Assembly: GCF_001457615.1 (NCBI RefSeq)
Contig: NZ_LN831024.1
Location: 4,770,001-4,802,000, forward strand
Origin: Pseudomonas aeruginosa
GTDB lineage: Bacteria > Pseudomonadota > Gammaproteobacteria > Pseudomonadales > Pseudomonadaceae
Length of the DNA: 32,000 nucleotides
Direction: 5' to 3'
Below are positions 16,509 through 25,200 of the stretch, piece after piece. The translations under genes and the position numbers were made by a program. The first letter of the stretch is position 1; each line of letters begins with the position of its first letter. The notes under the pieces are model-generated. The model was given only the letters and a program-made list of their open reading frames with translations, had not been told where the DNA came from and did not search any database.

Positions 16509-18143
16509 TCAGAAGCTCGCCTGCACGCTGAAATGCAGGCGCGAGTCGTGTTTGTCGGTGTTCGTCCCTTCCAGCAGCGGGAAGGCCCAGTCGAGGCTGC
16601 CGGACAGCCAGTCGGCGAGTTGCGCGCGGGTGCCGATGCCGACGCTGGCCAGGCTGAAGTCGTCGTCCTGCTCGGGCAGCGCATCCTGCAGGCGCAGTTG
16701 CGCGCCCTCGGCGAACACGTAGAAGCGCCAGTCGTTGACGTAGCCGCCGGCGCGCTTGCCGAGGAAGCGTCCGAGGGACGGCGTACGCCATTCCTGGGAG
16801 AGCAGGTAGCCGTCGTCGGCGGTGTTCTCCGCCGCCAGGTAGCCACGCACGCTGGTGGCACCGCCGGCGGCGAACTGTTCGTTGGAAATCAGCGGCCCGG
16901 AGGCGAGTTGGAAGGCCGCCTTGGTCGCCACCTGCCAGTCGCCGCCGAAGGTCAGGGTGTGGTTGAGATCGCCCTTGAGCACGCCGAAGCCGGACTTGGC
17001 GCGATAACGCTTGCGGTCGAATTCCTCGTCGTCGTCGCCGTAGCCGAGGAGACTGCCGGTACCGGCCACCAGGCTCAGGCCAAGGGCCAACTGGGAACGT
17101 TCGGTGTAGCGGAAACCGTTGTAGCCGAGGGTCAGCGGGGCGTACTTGATCGGCACCCTGTCGTTGTTGCCGCCGATCCGGGTCTGTTCCTCGAAGTCCT
17201 TGAAGTCGACGCCGAAGGAGAACGAGTGCGACCAGAGGCCGGTGACCGGCAGGCTGTAGATCGCCGCCACGCCGTAGGAGTGGCCCTGGCCGACCACATT
17301 CATGCTGCCCACCGTGGCCACGTCGCTGTCGGACTGGTAGCCGGACAACTGCACGCTCCAGCGCTGGCTCAGCGGCGCGGTATAGGAGCCGGACCAGACC
17401 TTGGCGTTGTCCTGGTCCTGCGGCGCGGTGAAATAGGTCAGCGAGATGGCGTGGCCGAGTTGCCAGAGGTTGTCGTAGCCCAGCGAAACCACCGAGCGCA
17501 AGTGACGGGTGTCGGCGCTGTAGTCGTTGTTCAGGCCGATGCTGGCGTGCCAGGGATTCTTGTCTTCCACCTGCAGGTCGACGTCCATGGTGCCGGGCCG
17601 CTGGCCCTCGCGCACCATCGGCAGCACCTGGCGGCCGGGGGTGCGGTTGACCTGCGCCAGCTCGCGCTGGACCTGGGCGAAGTCGGGCACCTTGCCCTCC
17701 TCCAGGGCCGGCACTTCCTCGCGCAACTCCACCGGCGAATAGTGCTTGGCGCCGACCACCCGGACGCGACCGACAGTGGTCTCGGTGACCTGCAGGTAGA
17801 CCACCCCGCCGCTCACCTGCTGCTCCGGCAGCTCGACGTAGACCGACTGGTAGCCCTTCTCCTGGTAGGCGGCCTGCAGCGCATCGCGCGCCCCCTCGAT
17901 GTCGCCCAGGCTGCGCTGCGGTCCGAGGAAGGGATACACCGCCGCCTCGATGGCGCGGTTGTCCAGCACGGTGTTGCCGCGTACCACGTACTCGTTGATG
18001 TCCACCAGACGCTGGGTCTCGGCTCCCGCCGCGGCGGGAGGGGCCTCGTCGGCCAGCGAAGCGCACGACAATGCGACAGCCAGGCAACCGATCGACCAGC
18101 GCTGGCGAAACGGGTGCGCACAATTGAACAGCGAACGCTTCAC
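16509..18143 (-). CDS. pdtB: Two-partner secretion outer-membrane transporter (TpsB, ShlB/FhaC family)
   Basis: Track ORF 16509..18224. The preferred start is GTG 18143, with GGGGGA 5-6 nt upstream, giving VKRSLFNCAHPFRQRWSIGCLAVALSCASLA-DE as the signal peptide. The 27 codons upstream are low-GC and have no signal character. POTRA-like region: INEYVVRGNTVL...YQEKGY...VYLQVTE. The barrel ends ...SRLHFSVQASF. It is partnered with the adjacent TpsA. Confidence 0.85.
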   Translation of the reverse strand: MKRSLFNCAHPFRQRWSIGCLAVALSCASLADEAPPAAAGAETQRLVDINEYVVRGNTVLDNRAIEAAVYPFLGPQRSLGDIEGARDALQAAYQEKGYQSVYVELPEQQVSGGVVYLQVTETTVGRVRVVGAKHYSPVELREEVPALEEGKVPDFAQVQRELAQVNRTPGRQVLPMVREGQRPGTMDVDLQVEDKNPWHASIGLNNDYSADTRHLRSVVSLGYDNLWQLGHAISLTYFTAPQDQDNAKVWSGSYTAPLSQRWSVQLSGYQSDSDVATVGSMNVVGQGHSYGVAAIYSLPVTGLWSHSFSFGVDFKDFEEQTRIGGNNDRVPIKYAPLTLGYNGFRYTERSQLALGLSLVAGTGSLLGYGDDDEEFDRKRYRAKSGFGVLKGDLNHTLTFGGDWQVATKAAFQLASGPLISNEQFAAGGATSVRGYLAAENTADDGYLLSQEWRTPSLGRFLGKRAGGYVNDWRFYVFAEGAQLRLQDALPEQDDDFSLASVGIGTRAQLADWLSGSLDWAFPLLEGTNTDKHDSRLHFSVQASF

Positions 18144-18306
18144 ACGGTCCCCCGAAGTTCCATCGGGACTTATTGTTCTAATGCAACAAGTCCGTTCATC
18201 GAACAGTTCTGTGAAAGACAACAAACTAGCGGCGACGCATGAACAACCTGTTAAAAACGGCGCCCGCCCTTATGAAATCTCGTTCTTTTCTATTTTCACT
18301 TTCGTG

Positions 18307-18909
18307 CTAGATATTCAGCCGTCGCGCTCCGCCATGGCGCGCTTGCCATGTATGCAACAAGGCGAAGTTCAGGGAGAACTCCGGCATCTGCATGAGATCC
18401 CCGGAAATCACTTCCCCGATAATCCTGCCTATTATCCTTACCGCCTCCGCGCTGTTCAGCAGGACGGTTATATCGCTGACGAAAACCGGAAAATTCCAGA
18501 TCTTCTGCTTCATTTCCAGGCCGACGAACCAGCGATACAGCAGGTTGTAGTTCAATTGCTCATACAACTGCTGCTCGCTGGGAATCGCGTACAGCAGTTG
18601 CAGCAGCAGCGCGTGGATCAGCGGCTCCGGGGCCAACTGCATGCCATGTTCGCGGGCAAGCGCCGAGAGGACTTTCGCCTCTTCGACAAGGAGACTTTCT
18701 ATTTGCGGTTTCAGCAACGCCAGGGAATGTCCCGGCGGTATATAGCTGGACACTTCCTTGAGCGCACCCTGCCAATCTTCCTGGGACACTATCCAGACCC
18801 ATGGCGCCCCATATCGATAAACCGATACCGGTTTCTTGCGTGCGGCTTCGACGATCTTCGATAGGCGCTGGTCAAGTTCCTGCATACCGACTTTCGAGTA
18901 ACTTTCCAT
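18307..18909 (-). CDS. phdA: Phd/YefM-like N-terminal domain fused to an IS5-type transposase N-terminal (DUF772-like) domain; no catalytic domain
   Basis: The track ORF starts at TTG 18912. The ATG at 18909 has GGTGAG 5 nt upstream (200 aa). The N-terminus ELDQRLSKIVEAARKKPVSVYRYGAPWVWIVSQEDWQ has the Phd/YefM antitoxin pattern. The middle, LIHALLLQLLYAIPSEQQLYEQLNYNLLYRWFVGLE, has the InsH/IS5 N-terminal (DUF772) pattern. Hand counts of GC on 60-nt lines give 42-57%, against about 67-73% in flanking genes. Confidence 0.75.
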   Translation of the reverse strand: MESYSKVGMQELDQRLSKIVEAARKKPVSVYRYGAPWVWIVSQEDWQGALKEVSSYIPPGHSLALLKPQIESLLVEEAKVLSALAREHGMQLAPEPLIHALLLQLLYAIPSEQQLYEQLNYNLLYRWFVGLEMKQKIWNFPVFVSDITVLLNSAEAVRIIGRIIGEVISGDLMQMPEFSLNFALLHTWQARHGGARRLNI

Positions 18910-19116
18910 CAATACTCACCGTCCTTCGCCGTATTCACCGGAGTGACCACGGCCGTTAGCGGATACTGTTCTCTTGTTTCAGAGCGGAACGCGTCTTTCT
19001 CGAACGACACGCTCATTTCCAGCAACCGGTCAGCGCAACCGGGAAATGGCCGATTCCTTTCGTTCCCGTCCCTGCCTTTCACCGCTGAATTCCGTTTTCC
19101 TCATTCACACCTGTTT

Positions 19117-19165
19117 GACGGCAACCCCGCCGCACCACCGAACTTTTGTCATGAAAACTTCATGC
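19117..19165 (-). promoter_or_regulatory. phdA-pdtB promoter module: second copy of the Pho-box + ECF-type -35/-10 architecture
   Basis: The plus strand carries TTGTCATGAAAACTTCATGC at 19146-19165, then 3 nt, then CCGAA (19138-19142), then 17 nt, then GACG (19117-19120). Aligned with the pdtA copy, the shared pattern is CTGnTnGACGGC-N15-CCGAA-N3-TTGTCATGnAAAnTTCATG. It lies about 77 nt downstream of the pdtA terminator and about 200 nt upstream of the phdA ATG. Confidence 0.7.
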
Positions 19166-19241
19166 GGCCGGCCATTCGCGCGCCACCGGCGGGGACGAAC
19201 GGGCATTCACCCGAGAATCGACCAGCGCCTCGGAAGTTCGC

Positions 19242-19269
19242 AAAAAAAGGGCCCTCCGTGGGGAGGGCC
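19242..19269 (-). terminator. Rho-independent terminator 30 nt after the pdtA stop
   Basis: The minus-strand RNA reads GGCCCUCC-CCAC-GGAGGGCC-C-UUUUUUU. This is a perfect 8-bp GC-rich stem (19250-19257 paired with 19262-19269), a 4-nt loop, and a run of 7 U (19242-19248). Confidence 0.85.
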
Positions 19270-19299
19270 TGGCGGGTATCGTGCCTCCGCGGCGGTGCC

Positions 19300-22200
19300 T
19301 TACAGGATCAGGTTGCCGCGCTCTTCATCGGTCAATTGGCTGCGCGCCTGTTCGCCGAGGGCTCCGGCGCCGAGCACCTGCACGGCGCTGTCCGGGTTGT
19401 AGCCCGGCGAACGACTGGCGCCGTCGCGCGAAGGCTCCAGGCGCTCGTTGCCGAACCCGAGCACCTGCACCGTGATCACCGACGGCATGCGCTGCCGCGC
19501 GGCGGCCTGCTGCTGGCGACTGACGTCCTCCGCCGCCTGGGTCGCGGAACTCGCCGCGGCGCTGGCGGAGGTCAACGCCCCGGTATTCACCGAAGCCACC
19601 AGCGGAATGCCGCTGGACTGGCCCTGGGTCTGGATGTTCGCCGCGTTGACCACCTGCAGCGCCGCCACGTTGACGTTGCCGGAAACCCGGATGCCCGCCT
19701 CGCCGGCATCGATGGTGCCGAGCGGGGCGATCAGGTCGATGTCGCCCGGTGCCACTTCGGGAATCGGGTTGAGGGTGGCGATACCGGCGCCGGTGCTGGG
19801 CACCTGTGGCGACAGGCTGACGTTGCCCCAGGCGTCGTAGATGCGCCGCGGCGGGGTGTACACCACGGTGGTCTGGGAACCGCGACCGGCGTTGATGTCG
19901 CCTTCCGCCGACCAGGCCAATATGCTGCCGCCGAAGGTGGTCATGATGCGGCTCTGGCCGAGCAGGATGCTGTCCCGCGAATAGGCCTGGATATTGCCCT
20001 GGCCCTGGGTGACGATGCCTGCGGTGGACGGCGGCGCCTCGCCCTCGATACCGAACACCTGGCGCCCGCCGGGGCTGAGCAACTGGATGTCGCCGCCGAA
20101 GTCGGTGTGCACGCCGGCACCGCCATACATGACGATATCGCCTTCGTAGCTGATCGGATTGCCCGCCGGATCGCGCTCGGGGAACAGCGCGGCGATCGCG
20201 TTGCGCCCGCGCAGGTAGCTACTCTGGCGTACCCCGCCGACTTCGTTGTACTCGCGGCCGCCGGCCCTGAGTTCGGCGAAGTACACCTGGCGGGCGAAGA
20301 TCCGCTGCTGCTCGGCGGGCAGGCCGGCGAAGAACGCCTGGGCCTGTTCCGCGTCGCCGGCGAAGCCGAAGCGCTCGTTCAACCACTTGGCCAACTCGCT
20401 TTCGTAGGTCCTGACCACCTTGCCCGGCTGCTCGGCCAACGGGGTGCCGCCCTGCGCCAGGTTGGCCGGATCCAGGTAGCGCTCGAGGAAGGCCCGATAG
20501 TCGGCCCCCGCCGCGCCGGCCTGGAGCACGATATCGGCACCCGGCCGGCTGTCGCCCGGCACCACCGCGCCGAGACTGGTGATCGCCGCGCGATCCTCCA
20601 TGAGAATGTTGCGCCCGGCGCTGATCTCCAGGGTACCGGGGCCGGCGACGTTGAAGTTGCCGTAGAGGATGTCGCGGCCGGCCTGGGCCAGCGAGAGGTC
20701 GTTGGGGTCGTCGTGGACGAAGAGGTTGCCGGTGAACGAGGCATCCGTACTGATCTGACTGGGAGCGCTGATACGCTGTCCCAATGGGGTTCCGGAGGCT
20801 ACGATGTCGCGCCCGGCGCGCATCCAGACGGGACCCGCACCTTCATACCAGGTTTGCCCGGCGCGGTTCCCCGCCTGCTCGCCGAAACGAATCTGCGCAC
20901 CGCTATTGAGCCCGACGATATCTCCTGTCAACGCATAGAAACGCGCCGGTTGCAGATCGCGCGCCAAGCTCGCAGCGCTATCGGGGCCGAAGTAGAACAG
21001 AGGCAATCCGCCAATGACGGCCGGATTCCCGTCCGGACTGCCGTTGCCGGCTATCGGGTTGAGCAGCGCGGCATCGGAGTAGCCGGCAAATGCCGGCGTC
21101 CAGATCGATGGCAGGTTCGCAGGATCGGCACCTGAGCGTTGCACCGAATAGCCACCGGCATAAATGGAGTCTCCAGCCAGCAACTCCAGTTCACCGTTGA
21201 GCGACGGTGCCAGTAACAAGGAGTAGGGAGTGGTCGAGACATTCAGGCTCACGCCTCCCATGTAACCGCTGGAAGGACCGAGATAGATACTTCCTTCCGG
21301 GGCCGCCGCACGTACTATCGATGGATAGATGAATCGCCCATCGCTAGGCGACAGGTTTCGGCCTGCCATGGGAATAGCGTTGGTTGCCTCGACCAATTGG
21401 GTGCTGGGCGTCAGGTTGCCGCCCGCCGCAAACAGATCGATCGAGGTGTGTGCAGTCCAGAGACTGAACCAAGCGATCCCGCCCCCTTGGTAGACGCTGC
21501 CATCGGGAGCCGTGAAGCCAACGGTATTCGGCACCCCCACCCTACCGGGGTCAGTCACCCCACCCAGGACCAGGTCGCCACGGGTTTCCAGACGCATGCC
21601 AGTATCTCCGGCCACCAGGGTGAGGCCACCCGTGGAGCTAGCCAGCGTCGGGCTGAACGCATCCCTGCTGCGCACTTCGGCGGGGTCCCGCAGTAGAGTG
21701 TCGTAGCGAGGATCGATGCCTCCCAGCGCACCACTGTACAAGCTCGCGGAACCGCGCAGATTGATGAGGGCCCCCTGCAGATCGTGAATGGTGCCGCCGC
21801 TGTAAAGACCGTCAAACCCCGAACTCGAGTAGGTCTGGGTAGCCCGCGCCTCCCGGCTCGGGTTCACCTCCCCGCCAATTCTCACATTCAGGTCACCGCC
21901 GCCGCCAAGTTGCAGCGCGCCGTCGGAGGTGAGCCGGCCAGTGCCGGCAACCGCCAAGACCAGTCCCTGGCTGCGCGGATTAAGGTTACCGGATGAAGGT
22001 ATCGAACCATCTCCGCGTGGCGCGATATTGCCGGCATCACCTCCGGTTCGCATGCTGAGATTGCCGCCTCCCAGAGTGCCGAAACCGGTGAAGCCGACCA
22101 GATAGGGAGCATCTCCCTCCGCGCCACGCACATAGCTGCCGAAATTGACCCACCAGGCCGTCGGCACTCCTTCCCTGTCGGCGCTGCCCTGGCGCCAGAG

Positions 22201-25200
22201 CCAGTTGCCGACTGCAGCGCTGGGGGGCAAGGGGCGAATGGGATCGCTACTTGTCAGTTTCTCGGCCCATTGATCACCAACCACATCACCGCCAACGGCG
22301 ATATCGAGGTTGCCGCCATGTTCCGGATACCAGGCCTGGTACTGGCTGGTTGAGAGCACTTCGTAATCCGCGCCACCGGCGCCCAGTACCGACCCATTGA
22401 ACAGACCGCGAGGCTGATTGAATCCCGTCGCGACATCGGCGGCCTGCGTTCCGGCGGTATAGACGCCGTACGGCGACCATTGCGTAAGGTTACCGGCACT
22501 GGCCAGGTCAAGATCGCCAGTGCCGGTGCGCAGCACACTGAACAACTGGTTCTGCGGTGTGACCACGGTTTTGCCGAGATTCTCGATACACAGGGACGGA
22601 TCGACACTGCACCACCACAGATCGCCCTCGCCGATCGCCGTACCAGCAGGCATGCCCAGGTAATTGCCGGGCGCCCAGGTCCAGCGGGGAGGCTCGGCAC
22701 AATACGGCCCCAGCCCGCAGATCCATTCATTGCTCTCGTCGACCGGAGTTCCCGGGGTGATCCCCCAGTCGGTAGCCTGATCGGTGAACACCAGCCCTCC
22801 CGAGCTCTGTTCGATCTTCGCCTGATAGTGCGTATCGGCCAGGTTCAGGCTGGCCGAGGAGTCCGGACGCACCAGACGGTTGTCGGCAGCCGCGAGATCG
22901 GCACCGGCGACCAGGCGCATGGACCAGGACTGGCTACCGGCCGGCAGCATCTCGGCCAATGCCCAGTTGCGTCCCTGGCGGACACCGTCGCTGGGCCGCA
23001 ACTCGATGAAAGGCGCATCGCCAGCCAGTACCACCTCGGTCTGCGAAGGGATCAGAGAACCACGTGCCAAGGCCAGCTCTCCATTGAGCAGCAGGACATT
23101 GGGTCTGCTGGGCCCCTCGCGCAGGATGCTCGGCAAGGGCACGCCCGCAGGCCAGGTCATCGCCTGCACGCTGGCCGGTGCCGCCAGCAGGGTACCGGCA
23201 CCCAGCCGGCTGCCGACCTCCAGCGTCACCCCGTCGCGCAGCAGGCTGCCCGCGGCGTACAGCAGGTTGCCGGCGGCATCGTGGATGTCCGCTACCAGCA
23301 CGCTGCCGGCGGCCAGGGTATAGGGCTGTTCGAGTACTGCCTCGGTGGCCAGACGGGTGCCGGCGGCCAGGGTGGTGCCCTTGATCGGCAGGTCGTAGTT
23401 GAGGGTGCGGCCGCCGAGGAACGCGGTACCGTCGCCGAGCACCACGCCCGGGCCGGGAACCACCAGGTCGCCGCCGAACGGCTGCACCCCCGGGGTGAGG
23501 ATCCAGCCCTTGTCGTCCGGCGAGTCCGGCGGCGGCGCGAAGCCGTCGTTGATACTGCCGTAGAGGTTCAGGTCACCGCCGGCGCGCAGCACCAGCGCGC
23601 CGACCTCGCCGGAACCGTAGACCTCGGTCAGCGGCGTGTTCGGATTGAGGCTGGCGTAGCGGTAGCCGGACAGATCGAGATCGCCCTGCACCACCAGGTC
23701 GCCGTCCGCCGTTGCGCTGACGATCTCCACCCCTGGACGCAGGTGGAAAGCATCCGCGTAGGTGGCATTGGTCAGTCCGGCCAGCTTGCCGTCGAGCAAC
23801 TCGCGGTTGGCCAGCGCCGCGGCGATGAACGCGCTGCTCTCGGCATGCCGCGCATCGAGGTAAGCCTGGTCGATCACCTGGTAGGGCCGCCCGCCGGCCG
23901 CCGGATCGTTGCCCCAGGGCGCATCGTCGTAACGCTGCACCGCGTTCAGGGCGATGCTGCCGGCGCCGCGGATGTCCAGCGCGCCGCTGGCATCGATGGC
24001 GATGTCGCCGGCGCTGACCCCGCCCAGGCGTGGCGCGTTCAACTCCAACGTGCCACGGGCGACGCCATCAACCTGTTCCGCTGGCGCCGCGGTGCCATGG
24101 CGCAGGTCGATGCGCGCGCCGCTGGCCAGGACCAAGGTGCCGCTGCCGGAACTCAGCTCGACCATCGCCCGGTTCGGGCTGTCGATGATCTGCCCGTAGC
24201 TGTCGCGCCGCAGCAGGCTCCCATGCGCATCCAGCAGCGCGTTGCCGCCCAGGCTCAGGCCGCGGCCACCGGCCAGGCGGATCTCGCCGACCTGCGCGCC
24301 GCTGGCGTCCACCGTTCCGCTCACGCCGAGCTGGCCATTGTCGAGGGACACCTCGATGCGATGCGCCTTCAGGCCGTCGCCGATCTGCAGGTCGCCTTGC
24401 TTGAGCTGGAAGCGCCGCGCGCCGAAGACCTCGCCCTGGTTCAGGCGCTGGTTCAAGGCGGTGAACTGCTCGCTCAGGCTGCCGCCATCGCCCAGGCGCT
24501 GGGCGCGGATCTCCAGCTCGCCACCGAGGAACGGCACGCGGGTGCCGCCGGCATCGTAGTCGCCGCTGGCGCCACCCAGTATGCGGCCCTGCAGGTCCAC
24601 CACCCCGGCGTCCTCGGCCAACGCCACGGCGCTCAGGGTACCGCCGCGGTTGTTGCGCGCCGACAGGTCGATCAGCGAACCGGCGGCCTGGCGGATGTCG
24701 CCGGCGCGACTGCTCAGCAGCAGGTCGCCACCCCAGCTGTATTTATCCACATCGTTGAAGCTGGCCTTGCGTCCGGCCAGGTCGATGCGCGCGCCATCGC
24801 CCAGCTCCAGGTCGTCTTCGGCGCTCAGGCTCAGCTTGCCGCTGGGTAGCGAGACCGCGCTATCCAGGCGGATCTCGCGGGCGCTGAGGGACAACTCGGC
24901 ACCAAGCCCGGCGGTGCCGCTGTCGAAGGTCACCGCGGCAGCGCCCGCCGGCGCCGCCAGGCTGAGGCTACCGCCGCTGCTGATCCGACTCAGCGAGCCG
25001 GCCTCGCCGGTCAGCAACGGCGTGCTCAGGCGCAGGTCGCCGCCACTGTAGCGCAGGCCTTCGCCGGCGACGTAGCCGTCCAGGCGCTGGTAGACCCGCA
25101 AGCTGCCCTTGTGGTTGGCGCTGATCCGCTCGCTGGCGTTCAGTTGCACCTCGGCGAAGCCCAGTGCCAGGCGTGCCTCGTCGGTCTCGCCGGCCGGCTG

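Noticed and set aside
18144-18224. ATG at 18224 as the pdtB start (571 aa)
   Set aside because: The extra 27 residues (MLSFTELFDERTCCIRTISPDGTSGDR) are encoded by low-GC spacer and have no signal-peptide character. GTG 18143 has a GGGGGA SD and yields a proper signal sequence. The ATG start is kept as an alternative only.
22009-22017. RGD motifs in PdtA (aa 450-452 at 30508-30516; APRGDGS at 22009-22017) as integrin-binding sites
   Set aside because: With this Arg/Gly/Asp-rich composition, roughly two RGD tripeptides are expected by chance in 4187 residues. There is no supporting context.
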